This document shows positions 1 to 13,224 of a stretch of 64,000 bases of DNA, piece by piece. The translations under genes were made by a program, and so were the position numbers. The notes under the pieces are model-generated. The model ran no database searches and had not been told where the DNA came from. It was given only the letters and a program-made list of their open reading frames with translations. The DNA comes from Chiloscyllium plagiosum (taxonomy: Eukaryota), in contig NC_057722.1 of NCBI RefSeq assembly GCF_004010195.1, forward strand, positions 55,394,295 through 55,458,294, read 5' to 3'. How positions within the stretch are numbered: position 1 is the first letter of the stretch; each line of letters begins with the position of its first letter.

Positions 1-468
1 CTGGAATGGCGGGTCTACCTTACGCTGAAAGACTGGAGCGACTGGGCTTGTATACCCTTGAGTTTAGAAGACTGAGAGGGGATCTGATTGAGACATATAA
101 GATTATTAAAGGATTGGACACTCTGGAGGCAGGAAACATGTTTTTGCGCTGATGGATGAGTCCGAACCAGAGGACACAGCTTAAAAATACAGGGTAGACC
201 ATTTAGGACAGAGTTGAGGAGAAACTTCTTCACCCAGAGAGTGGTGGCTGTATGGAATGCTCTGCCCCAGAGGGCAGTGGAGGCCCAGTCTCTGGATTCA
301 TTTAACAAAGAGTTGGATAGAGCTCTCAAGGATAGTGGAATCAAGGGTTATGGAGATAAGGCAGGAACAGGATACTGATTAAGGATGATCAGCTATGATC
401 ATATTGAATGGTGGTGCAGGCTCGAAAGGCTGAATGGCCTACTCCTGCAGCTATTGTCTACTGTCTAT
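1..468 (+). mobile_element. CR1-type LINE 3' end
   Basis: RT C-terminal motifs (RRLRGDLIETYKII, RTRGHSLK, RNFFTQRVV), followed by the 3' UTR and a short tandem tail. Confidence 0.85.
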
Positions 469-494
469 ATATTAGGCTGATGAAAGGTAAAATC

Positions 495-700
495 TCCATC
501 ATCCTACTAGACCATAAGGCTGCTCTCTCATTAGAGAGAGTAACAACTGATAGTGTTTAACCTGAGAGTGACCACATCTTAGATTAAGGGAGATCTTGAG
601 CGGGAGGGTCCTTCATGGTAACCTCAGCTCACGTGGGAACTGAACCTATGCTGTTGGGATCACACTACATCGTGTATTAGCTGTCCAGCTAACCAAGGAT
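495..700 (-). mobile_element. Old tRNA-derived SINE-like element
   Basis: B-box-like ggttcagttccc on the minus strand and a SINE-like body; diverged. Confidence 0.4.
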
Positions 701-739
701 GAAGCCCATAAAATAAAAAAAAAACAGTGGCAGTAAGGA

Positions 740-1790
740 TATACAATATATGCAGAAACAGGAAACAGAGAATAGTGTTGAATAGTTGAAGAAGGTCTTC
801 AGTCTTGAAGAAAGTCAACAAGAGGGTTCCTGGGGCCAAAAATAGGACCACAGCTTTTGTGATATTTATTAACAACTTCATTTGGATATACATAGCTTAA
901 TTCTAAAATTTGCAGAAGACAAATCGTGAAAGTATTGTGATAGAATTCTGTAGTATATTTCTAGGCTCATGAAATGGATAGACACAGAATAGATGAAAGG
1001 TTATGCAGAGAACTATGAAGTGTGTTTTTGGAAGGAAAAAGATGAAGAAGTAAGATGCTCGAAAGTTTATAATTCTAAAGAGGGAGTAGGAACAGGGAAA
1101 CATGGCAAATACATACACAAGTTATTAAAGATGGCAGGGAAGTTTGGGAAAGCATTTTAAAAAGTCTTTGGGATCTTTGAGGCATAATATAAAAGGAACA
1201 AAACTACAACAAACCTTTTTGAAAGACTGGTTTAGACTCAAATAGAGGATTCTATCCAATTCTGAGCATTATACATTAAAAAGAAAGTCAAGCCTTTAAA
1301 ATAAGCTGTAGAAAATGTTTATGAGAATGTCAGTAGAATAAGGGACACGGGTTCAAACGATTGACTAGGTGGAGAAGCTCAGGATGTTCTCCATAGAAAA
1401 GAGAAACTTAAGAGGACAGTGGAAGAAGTGTTCAAAATGGGAGTAAATAGACAGAAACAGTTCCCTTTACCAAAGGGATAGAGAACCAGAGGCACGGATT
1501 TAAAGTGATTGACAAGAAAAGAAAAGTTAACATGAGAAAATATTTTATGTCACAGCAAGTGGTTACGATTTGGAATTTACTATTTGGAAGTTGAGTGAAG
1601 GAGTTTCAGATGTGACTTTCAAAAGGGTATTTATAAACACTTGAGGGAAAAATATTTGTAGGGTTACATACAATGTGTAAGGAACTGGGACGAATTGAAT
1701 TGATCTTCATGACAGCTCTCCTGAATTGTACAGTCCAAATAGTTTTTTGCAGGGCTGTAGGTATTCTTTGACTTTATGGTTCTTATATCC
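740..1790 (+). mobile_element. Degenerate CR1 LINE (RT to 3' end); homologous copy at 42720-43190
   Basis: Remnants of GVPQGSVLGP-like and RT C-terminal motifs with many stops. Confidence 0.65.
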
Positions 1791-2355
1791 CAAATCGCCC
1801 TTGTGCTACAATCATTTCTGATTTACAAGCATTAGATGGTGTAAGTATGTGCTTCTTGCTTACCACCATCCAAGTGCTGGAGTCTGACATGCCAGTGGGG
1901 GAAAACAAGGTGGTGGAATTGTAGGAATACAATGATAATGAAGAAACAGCTTCACTCCTTCTCAAATTTACACACTGCAGCTCAGGAACTGATATGCACT
2001 TACTTTTAAAGGCAGGATCAGCACACCAGACATCAATGGCCCACAGGGTGGCAAACAGTATTCAAGGATTAATGAAGAACTACCCAGTGTGTATTCAAAA
2101 TAACCAGGGAAAAGGCCTGTTTAAAGTTGGAACCAGTATTGTGGTTACAGCCATTTGGCCAGTGAGGTTGGGCAGGCTGTAGAGGCTGCTCTTTTGTCTT
2201 TCCCCCTTATTGAAGGATTACCATGAACTTTAGAGTGTTAACTACAGCCACCTTAAAACAACAAACCTAAGACAATTCTGATGTCTTGCATGCGAGTGGC
2301 CCATGATGTATTCATAAGCAGAAGAGAAGTAAGGTTGATTCTTAAACTTACTCAC

Positions 2356-2469
2356 TTTTATGCCATCAGCCTTTGCATCACAATCAGGAGGAAGATCATC
2401 GGAATCCTCCTTGCTGCATTCAGTTTCCTGGATTGAGAACTTCAATGCATAAATAATTCCAGCTACCAC
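2356..2469 (-). CDS. kng1: Paralog A exon 5 (QVVAG loop)
   Basis: ttaatcag|VVAGIIYALKFSIQETECSKEDSDDLPPDCDAKADGIK|gtgagt; 114 nt. Confidence 0.92.
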
Positions 2470-5400
2470 CTGATTAAAAGGATAGTTTTATTAATGCAAA
2501 CTTGCTGTGAAAAAAACATTATTGGATGTAATCATCATCAGAATGGTCTTCATTTTGCCTCAGTGTTTAGGTTTAGCATTGTTTGATAATACAGCAAGGA
2601 AAAGGGATTACAGACAACAGGCAAATTGAGACACATCAACAGCTATTGAAACATACACTCAAAAATGTAATTTGCTTCTCACTTTTCAAGACAACATCTG
2701 AATAATGAACAGACTGTTCAACCATTGGGTGGAATAAGATGGTGGTACATCACTGGATGATTGATAAGAATCCTATCTTCTGGATTTTGCTGACCAAAGT
2801 TTGGCCAACATAATCCAAAACAGAAATCGCCAATCAGGTGATGTGTTAGCAATGAATCTTAGGGATGAGATAATGGTTCAATTTGATAGGAAAATCAAAA
2901 GTTAAAAACAAAAAAAGGAGCAAATATATAATAGAAAACAAGAAAGTAAGTTGAGAAAAAAGGATAAGGGTGATCAGATTGAATCTTTAAATTTCATATT
3001 GTATTTTAGGAACTAGGTGGCTTAATGAAACATGATTGAAATAAAACCCTTGTGAAATTCAATATTCTCTAAATTTAATATTATTTTTGATTCAGGACAA
3101 GTGAATTAGCTTCAAGCTTATGACGTCATTCAGCTTTTAAGATAAAATAAAGAGAAGGAAGATCTGTTTTGATGGCACAATGGAAATTTCACTTCACAAG
3201 AAAATAACTTATCAGGACCCAACATTGGAGAACAAATCTTCTTAATTCCCTTTTGATTGACGTTGGACGACAGAGAAGATTTTCAGAGCTTTCACACTAA
3301 ATGTGAAATGATGTGGCTGAAGATTAGGAAAGGGAGGTTGCAAATACTCATTGAAGGAAAACCTTGATGGAAGTTATTTCTTGGTGTTTACTCCATCATT
3401 TTTCTAGCCTTAACATTTCTCAGTTGGATATCTGTCTTAAAGTAAAGACTCAAATGGGGTCCTGTCTTCTGAGGTGGGGAATATAATCATAGAATTCCTA
3501 CAATATGGAAACAGACCATTTAGCCCAACAAGTCTACACTGACTCTCCGAAGAGTATCCCACCCAGACCCATTCCTCTACTACTCTACATCTCCGATGAC
3601 GAATGCACCTGACCTACACAATGCTGAACATTATGGGCAATTTAGCACGTCCAATTTACCTAACCTACATATCTTTGGACTCTGGGACGAAATCGGAGCA
3701 CCTGGAGGAAACCCATGCAGACACAGGGAGAATGTGCAAATTCCAAACAGACAGTCGCCTGAGGCTGGAATTGAACCAAGGTCACTGGCGCTGTGAAGCA
3801 GCAGTGCTAACCACTGACCCACCGTTCAAAAAAATGAATATTATCTCATATGGATTGTGTTCCATGCAACAAACTTAATGAGTTGAAAGAAATGCCATCC
3901 TGGGTGGAAGATGTGTTTGTGTTTTACTCTTCCTGGAATACTCAACAAAGAGGGTTATAAACCAACAGTAAGATCTAGAAGATGATCAGAACCAGGCTAC
4001 GCAGAAACATGGAAGATAGCTACACTTCGTGTTGGCACACTTGCAAAGAATGATCTAACCTGACTAGTGAACTTGAAAACGTGGTCACGCTGAAAGTAGT
4101 TTGTATGATTGCTCTCATTGTTAAACTTTGCAATAGCAAGTGCAATTGTTTCATTTAATTTGTGGTGGTCAGTTGGCAAATCTATTGGACATCCAACGCA
4201 GAATCCACGTTTTGGTACAATCGGTGTGTGATGATCTAGGAAACAATGCTAGAGACAATTAGTTTACAAACACACAGATGAAATTATTTATCATGGAACA
4301 ACTATTAATCAGTACCATAAAATCATAGAAGATTACATAGTCCATTGCCCCATTGCTAGTTTCCCCAAGAAAGCTATTCACTCTTTCTCTTCCCTTTCCC
4401 TTAGAAAGGTTTCAAGAGAGAGAAATTGCTCCCAACCACTCCCTTTGTATTTCATATAACACGTGCAGATAACAAGTTGATACATGTTCCATAATTTGCG
4501 TTGTATAATTTGGACAACTAGCTTGGCTTAGTTTGTAGAAGTCCCCCTGCTGGCTTAGACATTTATGCACTCAGTCCACTCTTCACACCAACTTCATCGA
4601 AAGAGATCCAGTTTTCAACAGTTTCTATTACTCAAGAGTGTCTTCAAAGGAATATTAAGAAGTTAATTCACTGGATAAACAAGATGGAGTTTAATGTGTG
4701 AAAATGTGAGATTATACACATTGGTGGGAAAAATAGAAAACAGAATACTACATAAATGGAGTGAGACTACAGAAGTCTGCACCACATAGGAATCTGACCA
4801 TTCTTGTGCATGGTTCAAAACAAGTGAATCTGATTGTTTTGACACTATCTTCATAATAGATCATAACCCCAAATTAATTAAGAATACATTGAACTTTTAA
4901 GTGGAACATATGGTTCTTTTACATAGAAAACATATAGAGCACAAGGTGGCAGAGAACGTAAATTGAATGTTTTTCCAAAACCCCTGTTGTAGTTAAACTG
5001 AGTCCTGGGAAGGAACCATGGAAATTTACACCTGAAGAATGTCAAGGGTACTTCACTTGCACTGTTCCAAATAGTGAAATGACATTCAAAAATTGAACTG
5101 TGATCTCCTCTGGCTTGTGTCCCATTCAACAAGCTTAATGAATTGAAAGAAATACCATCCTAGGTTGAAGATGTGTTTATGTTTTACTCTTCCTGGAATA
5201 CTCAACAAGTAGGGTTATAAACCAACAGCAAACCATGGTCTGTGTATGTGCTAGCTTATTGTTCAATTCCACCAGGCTAAAGTATGCTGGGATGGGTCAC
5301 AGCCGAGAACCTCCCTTAGCCCTTTCCTAGCTTGTGAAAGTAAAAGGAAAAAAGTCTCTGATTGCTGAAAACAAGTCATCAGCAAATCCATTGTTGATGG

Positions 5401-8400
5401 AAACAGGACAAATTCCTTTTAGCTAAATACAAAACCGAGAATCTCTAAACAACCATGAAGACAAAGTCTGTGCTATCCTAGAATCATCCAGTTTAACAAC
5501 TGCCACATTTCATAATCTATTTGTCACTGACATGCTAATGACTGATGTATATGCTCCTTTATTCATTTTACATTGGGACTCCCTCATTGTAACCTGTATG
5601 TTTGTGTATTGTATTTTATTAAATTTGATTATCATACAGAGACCAAAGGAAGATGGTTGTTCATTTCATTCACTTATAAGATGTGTTTGTCATTGGCTGG
5701 CCAGCATTTATTGCCAATTCCTACTTGCCCTTAAGAAGATGGTAATGATCTGCCTTCTTTAATCACAGCAGTCCACATGCTGTAGATTGACTTACAATGC
5801 TGTTAGGGGAAGTTCCAAGATTTTGACCAAGTGACAGTAAAGAAATAGTGATTTAGGATGGAGAATCGCTTGAGGGGAACTTGCAGGTGGTGGTGTTCCC
5901 ATGTATGTGCTGTCCTTGACCTTCGAGATGGAAGTGGTTGTGGGTTTGGTAGATGCTGTATAAGGATCATTGATGGATTTCTGCAGTGCATCTTGACAGT
6001 AATACATACTGCTGCTATAGAGCATCGGCGGTGGAAGGAGTGAATGCTTGTGGATGTGGTGCCAATCAATTGTGTTGTTTTTTTCCTGGATGATGTCAAA
6101 TTTCTTGAATATTGTTGGAGCTGCATCCATCCAGGAAACTGAGGAGTATTCCATTACACTTGTGTCATGTAGATGCTGGCTTTGGGGAAATCAGGAGATG
6201 AGTTACTTGTTGCAGTATTCTTAGCTCCAGACCGGCTCTATAGCCACTGTGTTTCTATAACCAGTCCAGTTTAGTTTCTGCTCAATGGCAAAATGCTTCC
6301 CCAGGATGTTGATAGCGGAGACATACAATTATGGTGACACCATTGAATGCCAAGGGGTGACGGATAGATTGCCTGGTGTTTGTGTGGTGTGGATGTTACT
6401 TGCCGCTTTTCAGCCCAAACCTGGCTAATGTCCAGACCATGTTACATTTGGAGAATGGTTTGCTCCAGTATCTGTACATTGTGCAATCATCAGTGAAAAT
6501 CTCCACATTTGACCATATGATGGAGAGGTTACTGATGAAGCAGCTGAAGATGATTGGGCCCTTGGACACCATTCTGAGGAACTCCTGCAGAGATATCCTG
6601 CAGCTGAGATGACTGACCTCCCACAAACACAATCATCTTTCTTGGTGCCCGATATGACTCCAACTAGCATAAATACTGCACTCCACCCCCACCTCACCCC
6701 ACCCCAATTTCCACTGATTCAATTTTTGCCAGTGCTGCTTGATGAAACTCTTGGGTCAAATGCAATCTAGATGTCAAGGGTTGTCACTCTCACCTGTTGG
6801 AAATCAATCAAATCAGATCCAGAATGACACTATAGGAGTTCATCAAAGTAGTGTTCTGGATTCAACCATCTTCAGTTGCTCCATCTGCTGAAACTTATCT
6901 CATGTTGGGTAAATCTTCTCCCCATTGTAAGGTCAGAACTAGGGATGTTCAGCAATTGATTGCACAATGTTCAGTACGGTTCACAACTCCTCAGATACTG
7001 AAGCGGTTTATACCATTTGCAACAATACCTGCACAACATTCAGCCTTGTGCTAGCAAGTGTCAGCATACACTTGAGCCACACAAGTGTCAGCCAATGACT
7101 ATTTCTAACAAGAGTGAATGTAATCATCACCCTTGGCATTCAATGATTTTACTACTAGTGAATCCCCCACTGTGAACATCCTAGGGACTACAGTTGACCA
7201 GAACTTCAAATAGATCAGTCATAGAAATACTGTGTCTACAACAGCAGATTAGCAGTTAAGAATTCTGGGCAAATAACTCACCTAACTTCCCAAACCCTGT
7301 CAACAAATCAATTCAGGATGTGATAGAATACTCTAATTGTCCGAATTACTACAAAACCAGCAAAACTCAAAACATTCAGAATCTTCCAAGTTGAAGCAGC
7401 CCACTGGTTTAACACCCCATACACAAAATTAAACATTCAGTCCCTCCATGAACATAATAGCAGCAGTGTGTTCCACCTACAAGGTACATTGCAACAACTC
7501 ATGAATGCTTGGAGTTGAGAAACCTCACAGGAAGTGGATGTGTACTTCAAATGTCTTTACAGTGGGATTATTATAGATAGGTGATTGATTTTGTTAATGT
7601 AGATTTATAGGCTACAGGGCCTCTGTGGTCTGTATGGCTCAATAACTGACTCTAATGGGCACAGTTTCAGAATAAGGAGTTAAATCTTTAAGTAGGTTTA
7701 AGGAGAAACTTCCTCCTTCTGAGAATTGTGAATCTTTACAATTCTCAACACAAGACCTGGGAGGATGAGCCATTAAATATATTCAAAATAGCGATGGACA
7801 GATTTTTAAACAAGACTGGGGTTAAGGATTTGTATGGATAAGGAAGGTTCAGGCCAAGATCATTTCAGGCTATGATTTTTTGCATGACAAAGCAAGCTTG
7901 AGGGACTAAATGGCTTAGTCCTCTTTCTATTTCTCATGCTGTTTTGTACCAGATTGCTTTGTAGGTCCTACAGGAACGCTGACTTAGCAGGACAGATGCT
8001 TGAAAGTCAGGCAGCCTGAAAATGATTTGACAGACATGAGTAATGTGCATCCGGAAGCTTGGCAGATCCTGCAAACATACCCAAATTATTCAAAAGAGGT
8101 CCTAGTGTTCTCCTCAAATCCTCCGAGAGTGTGCACTAGCCATTGATTGCATCCCTGAAAGTAAGGCATAACTTATCTTACCCCACAACCTATTAAGTAG
8201 CATTTTAGTGTCTCATACCTGAATCGATGGAGCAATTATATTCAGCCACATCAACTATTCTGTCGGTTTTATGGATGTACACATTTGACACACAGTGACC
8301 TGTAGCCTAAAACCAAACATCAGAATTAAGAAAAATATCTGCAATTTACGTACAAGAATCCGTCCATGCACCAAGTTTGTTTGGAATATTGAACGTTAAG

Positions 8401-11400
8401 AATGAATGCATTAAGATGGAAATGTATAGATGTTCACAGGTGTCAAGTTTTCTTGGGATCTTCCAGCTTCTATTTAGTTGGCCAGCCTACAATCAGCAAA
8501 TAGAGAGTTTGAGTTGAAAAGTGTGTTGCTGGAAAAGCACAGCCGGTCAGGTAGCATCCGAAGAGCAGGGGAGTCAACATTTTGATAATAAGCTCTTCAT
8601 CATATTCCTGAAGAAGATCTCATGCTCAAAATGTCAACTCTCTGCTCCTCAGATGCTTCCTGACCGGCTGCGCTTTTCCAGTGCCACATTTTTCAACTCT
8701 GATCTCCAGCATCTGCAGTCCTCACTTTCTCTTAGAGAGTTCCAGAGCCCAGTACATGGCAATGGTAAAATGACTGGACAGGATAGGGATAAGGCTGCCA
8801 AGACCTGCAGTCAATAGCAAGCACTTAGCATCTGCTCTTTCACTGCTTGTTTGAAGCACAAGGTGTGACACCAAGCAGTCTAGGTATAAATGAAAATTAT
8901 ACTCATATCATGTCTTTCACACACTTAGGATGACCCAAGACACCTTACAGTGAATTAAGCACATAAAATGTACTAACTGTTGCAATGTAGGTAAAGGAGA
9001 TAAGGTAACACAGCCAACAGAAGTATCTCCCCATCACTGCAGAATCTCTTCTAGTATTGTAAACTGTTCCACTCGCAAATCTTCTTTCATGTTTTTATTT
9101 CTTCACAGCAAGCAGCATCCTAATGAATCTGTGCTTTACCATTGCAAACACCTTCCGTCACACCAGGAACTTCACCGCCTCCTACCCCCTCCCCCCGCCA
9201 CCCCCCTTCACCCCTTGCTATCCACTACTGAAATGCAACAGAAATTCTGTTTTTATGTCCAACTGAGGTCCCTGTTACACTTACAGGACATTCCAACAGT
9301 GGAGTTGAAAAAAATTGCTGAAGAAATTCCCTGCCTAAAGAAGTCTCCAAACAGTGTGCTCAACAAGGTGTTTATTAATCGGGTAAAGTTGTTGCAAATG
9401 TTTAGTGAATGGGTGCTCCGAATAAATAATCAGAAAACTTACAGCGTTTTCTTGGGCTTTGTAGCTGCAGTCTTTCCAGATTTTCGCATTGCCAACAGAG
9501 CAATCGGTTTCTTGAATTGAAAATTTGATAAAATAACGTCTTCCACGTAATCCCTATTAAAATAGATTTTTTTCAGACAAACCTTTTTGATTCTGCGACT
9601 AAAATGTTGAAATAAAATTCAGAGAACCCTTGCTTGTATCATTACATTAGTTCATAAGGACTCCACAACAACACTGCCAGGAATTTTCTTAAAAATATTA
9701 AGTGATACAATGGCTGATATTATTCCAACTTCTAAATGGTTGCGCTCTGCAAAAAATGATTACATTAATAGAAAGTCTTATACAGTGTAATAAAATAAAA
9801 GCAAGACGCTGTGAATGCTGGAAATCTGAAACAAAGTCATAAAATGTTGGAGAAACTCAGTAGGTCTGGCAGCATCTGTGGAAAGAAAAGAAGAGTTAAT
9901 ATTTTGAGTCTGTTAATGACTCTTCTTTAGAACTGTCTCTTGCATAAAGTAATCCGTTGTGACAATGCTTATAAATATGTTACTTTTTAGAACTGTTTAA
10001 TTTGAAGTGGTAAAGAGGGGTATAAAATGCAACTTGTCCTCATCCTGTTTGACAACAAGCCTTGTGAGTGGTTGCTATGGGAACAAGTGAGGCACAAATG
10101 GATTCAGTGAGAAGGAAGTGCAAGATGTTTGCACTAGTGTCTAAACTGCAAGTCCTGGAACACAGGGACATTTTATGAGGGTCAGGGTTTACAACAGGAA
10201 AGAATGAAAAAAGACCCTTCTGAAATATGTACCATTCTTTGGGGGCTTGACAGCATAGATAGCAATGCTTAAAAATGTGTTGCTGGAAAAGCGCAGCAGG
10301 TCAGGCAGCATCAAAGGAGCAGGAGAATCGACGTTTCAGGCATGGCTTTCCCTCATGGGACAGTCAAGGACTAGAGGATATAAAATCTCACAGCAAGAGG
10401 TCATCCATTGAAAAAGGATGAGGAGATATGTGGGATATACAAAGACCTGGGGTACAGAATTTGGGGTGAACTGGAGCAAAGAAATTCAAAGAAAGTGGGG
10501 ACTTACAGGTGGACAAAAGGGAGAAAACTATGATTTGGACAGGCTGAGCCAGGCAAAACCTATCTAAAATTAACAGCAGAAGGTTAATAAGATTTAGGAC
10601 ACTTGGGAAGGGAACAACAAACAAAGGTATGATAGAGTGAGGGGAAAGATATAATTTGTATGAAGCTTGTGTGTCAGTCTGTTGACAACAAGCACACCAA
10701 AACAATGTGTACATGAGAGGTGAAACCTCCATAGGCTGCAAGTTTCCTTCTAGATCCTTGACAATTTGAAAAAAAATGTCTTCGATGTTCTCAGAACTGT
10801 GAGAATGTTCATATTCTGGGGAAAATAACAAGAGAATACATTTAAAATATTGAAAGGCTGTTCAGCTACTGAGTATTTCTTTTGCTCGTGTACTGAAACT
10901 GCTGAAGATCTTCCTACTGGTGACAATTTATTCCTCACTCTAAATAATCACAAGCCAATAAAATTACAAATTCCGTCTCTAATATACCTACATTATTCTC
11001 CTCCCACATAATACTCCCAAAATACCAGCACAGACTCTTCATTTCACAATCAATGACTGCTTTCAACAGAGTTATATTTTGCTGGTCTCTGATGCTCAGA
11101 TTAATTGGAGCTGGCAGCAAAAAGTGAGTTTTTAAACCAGGGTTTCTGAGGCAATTTGCACTTCAGGCAGGTTCCACAAGTTTGTGCATTTCATTGTTGA
11201 GCCTCCCTGGCATTCCTGTCATGATACAAATGTCAGAAATTTTCTTAGATTGCATTCATTGAATTACCCTTCGTTAACAGACATTTCTTCCTTCTGGAGG
11301 GGACAGAAAAAGCAGCCTTTGAAGAAATGTGCACCAATGTCCAGTCAGGCTCAGCTTTTGAGCTAATGTAATTTGAGCAGAAAACTTAGGACTCAGACTG

Positions 11401-12287
11401 ACTTGCAACTATATTCTATTACCTCAAGCAGATTAAACCATGATTTTATGTTCAGCTAGATTATTCTTCTTGCAAGTCAAATATATGAGTTGTACTATTT
11501 GCACTCTAAGACAGTGAGTTTTGACCTCACAATCACATAGCACTCTTAATTTGTTTCTTTTTTCCTTTCAATGTGATAAAACATAAAATTGAATTATGAT
11601 AATGTTAAGAATTTGTACTCATTCCAAGTAGTCATAGATCAGTCAACAACGAATCAGCGATATGGCAAGCCGATCCAACATAGCCATTTACTGCATTGGG
11701 TACCATGTTGGTGAAGCATTGAGGTCCTGTGTACTGATGTGACATATTGGAGTTCTTACATACTGAGCCATGCCTCTGTAAAATATAAGTTTGCCCATAT
11801 TTTTCCCACAAGAATCTCAGCTACTATCTAAGGAATGTGTTGAACAGAAGTTAAGTAATGGGAAGACATAGGTGGTAAACCTTCTCCCAGTGATCAGTTA
11901 AAGAATGGCTAAAACCTGATAGCATATCAATCTACATAACGTGGAGAAACCGAAGGCTCAAATATTTTTAAAAATATGCCAAACATGCATTAAGGTTTAA
12001 TAGAGCAAGAAAATGATCAATATGCATGCATTTTACAGCAGAGTAAGGGATCCACTCACCTGTGCCTCAGCTTGTTGGACTTGGTCAAGAGCATATTGAT
12101 GGCCACTTTTCTGCTCAGCATTGAATTTACGGAGCGTGAAATCTGCAGCAACGAGAACCTCTGGATTATTACAGTCAATGGGGTACGGTGGAGAGAGTAC
12201 ACTTATCTCGGGCTCAATTACAGGTTCTGATTCTGCATCTACACATAATAGTTGAATGGTGAAGATTGCAACGTATAGCAGCTTCAT
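2356..12287 (-). CDS. kng1: Kininogen-like gene, paralog A (partial: exons 1-5; exons 6-7 presumably left of the window)
   Basis: join(12287-12060, 9553-9443, 8306-8219, 4235-4060, 2469-2356). GT-AG introns with the same phases as paralog B; frame open throughout; CVGCP and Q|VVAG motifs. Confidence 0.88.
3487..3823 (-). mobile_element. tRNA-derived V-SINE (HE1-like)
   Basis: A/B boxes (gtggttagcactgctg..., ggttcaattcc), central gggtttcctccaggtgctcc domain, CR1-like tail. Confidence 0.85.
3841..5231 (+). repeat. 131-bp direct repeat pair (3841-3971 and 5101-5231) flanking paralog A exon 4
   Basis: Ungapped alignment at offset 1260 with 15 mismatches in 131 nt by hand count. Confidence 0.9.
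4060..4235 (-). CDS. kng1: Paralog A exon 4
   Basis: ttcctag|(D)HHTPIVPKRGFCVGCPIDLPTDHHKLNETIALAIAKFNNESNHTNYFQRDHVFKFTSQ|gttaga; 176 nt; CVGCP as in mammalian kininogen domain 3. Confidence 0.9.
5665..6800 (-). mobile_element. Degenerate L2/Crack-like LINE 3' region
   Basis: MEYSSVSWMDAAPTIFKKFDIIQEK and FSCFISNL..FTDDCT RT motifs; aataaatgctggcc 3' tail. Confidence 0.65.
6860..7510 (+). mobile_element. Second L2/Crack-like LINE fragment, inverted relative to the first
   Basis: The same RT C-terminal segments appear on the plus strand (gatgtgatagaatactct, aaacattcagtccctccat). Confidence 0.55.
8219..8306 (-). CDS. kng1: Paralog A exon 3
   Basis: gttttag|ATGHCVSNVYIHKTDRIVDVAEYNCSIDS+G|gtatga; 88 nt. 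Confidence 0.88.
8510..8732. mobile_element. Penelope-derived fold-back insert
   Basis: Inverted arms gtgtgttgctggaaaagcacagc / gctgcgcttttccag; flanked by a tagagagtt duplication. Confidence 0.8.
9443..9553 (-). CDS. kng1: Paralog A exon 2
   Basis: ttaatag|GLRGRRYFIKFSIQETDCSVGNAKIWKDCSYKAQENA|gtaagt; 111 nt. Confidence 0.9.
12060..12287 (-). CDS. kng1: Paralog A exon 1
   Basis: MKLLYVAIFTIQLLCVDAESEPVIEPEISVLSPPYPIDCNNPEVLVAADFTLRKFNAEQKSGHQYALDQVQQAEAQ|gtgagt. Confidence 0.9.
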
Positions 12288-12339
12288 ACTGACTAGAGGG
12301 ATATAGAGCTCTAAACAGAAATCAACAATAAAGAAAAAT

Positions 12340-12650
12340 CAGGGCAGTAAATTGCATTATGTCAGTAACTCAGGCAAATATTTTGGAAGTTGGGCAAAGC
12401 CAACTTTTCAGTTAATGTTTGAATTTGCTTGTGCAATGTGTCTTATATTTGTTCACCATATTTAAACAGATTTGATATCAGCCTAACTGTAGTTAAAAGG
12501 TGTCCTTGCCCTCAAGATAAGTAGGTTAAATGTTTCAACACTGATGTTGTGCTGGCTCTTCAATCCTCAACCACCCACTCACAATGACACCAAGGTTTGG
12601 CAACTCATAGCCAGAACTGATGGGAATACCATGTGTTGCATGCATTGTTG
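12340..12650 (-). promoter_or_regulatory. Putative proximal promoter of paralog A (liver-type motifs)
   Basis: Alignable with 60960-61240. HNF4-like tgggcaaagcca (12391-12402), HNF1-like gttaatgtttgaa (12411-12423), C/EBP-like ttgtgcaat (12429-12437), NR5A-like caaggaca, GATA agataa (12515-12520). Confidence 0.5.
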
Positions 12651-12889
12651 TGCATAGTTAATGAATAATTCAAAGGTTACCAAATTTTTTGAAATGATTA
12701 TTTCTTTCAAATTTGCTGATCAGTTTAGGAACATTCCATTAGTTTGAACCTTGTTTTGTGATTTCTTGGTCATGTTACCATGCTCACATAACTATGAAAT
12801 ATAGGCACAATTCAAACTTAGTTTCTTGCTTCTAAAATCACAAAGAGGCAGCAGCCAGAGCAGTAAACAGTAGGTCTGATAATATGTAG

Positions 12890-13078
12890 AATAAAATAAA
12901 GAACTGCAGATGCCGACAATCTGAAACAAAAACAGAAACTGTTAGAGAAACTCAGCAGATCTGGTAGCATGAGTTCTGAAGACGGGTCACCAGACATGAA
13001 ACGTTAACTTTGCTTCCTCTCCACACATGCTGACAGACCTGCTGAGTTTCTCCAACTATTTCTGTTTTTATTTCCAAT
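12890..13078. mobile_element. Older Penelope-derived insert with hammerhead-like motif
   Basis: Inverted arms; agtt-CTGAAGA-cgggtcaccagacat-GAAACGTT-aact at 12972-13009. Confidence 0.7.
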
Positions 13079-13224
13079 TATATGTAGGATTGATTTAACA
13101 AATTTTAGGTAAGTAACCTTCACAACTTCTTTAACAATTAAAGGTTCACGAGACTCTGAGCGCAATAGTTAAATTACTAAACTACTAATCTGGAGATGTA
13201 AAATAAGAGGGAAGATGGTGGGTG

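Noticed and set aside
1994-2182. Similar plus-strand ORFs at 1994-2182 and 43920-44258 suggesting a conserved antisense gene
   Set aside because: Explained by paralogous intron similarity; starts and stops differ and there is no recognisable domain.
10388-10831. 147-aa intronic ORF
   Set aside because: No motif, no convincing splice context, and not conserved in paralog B.
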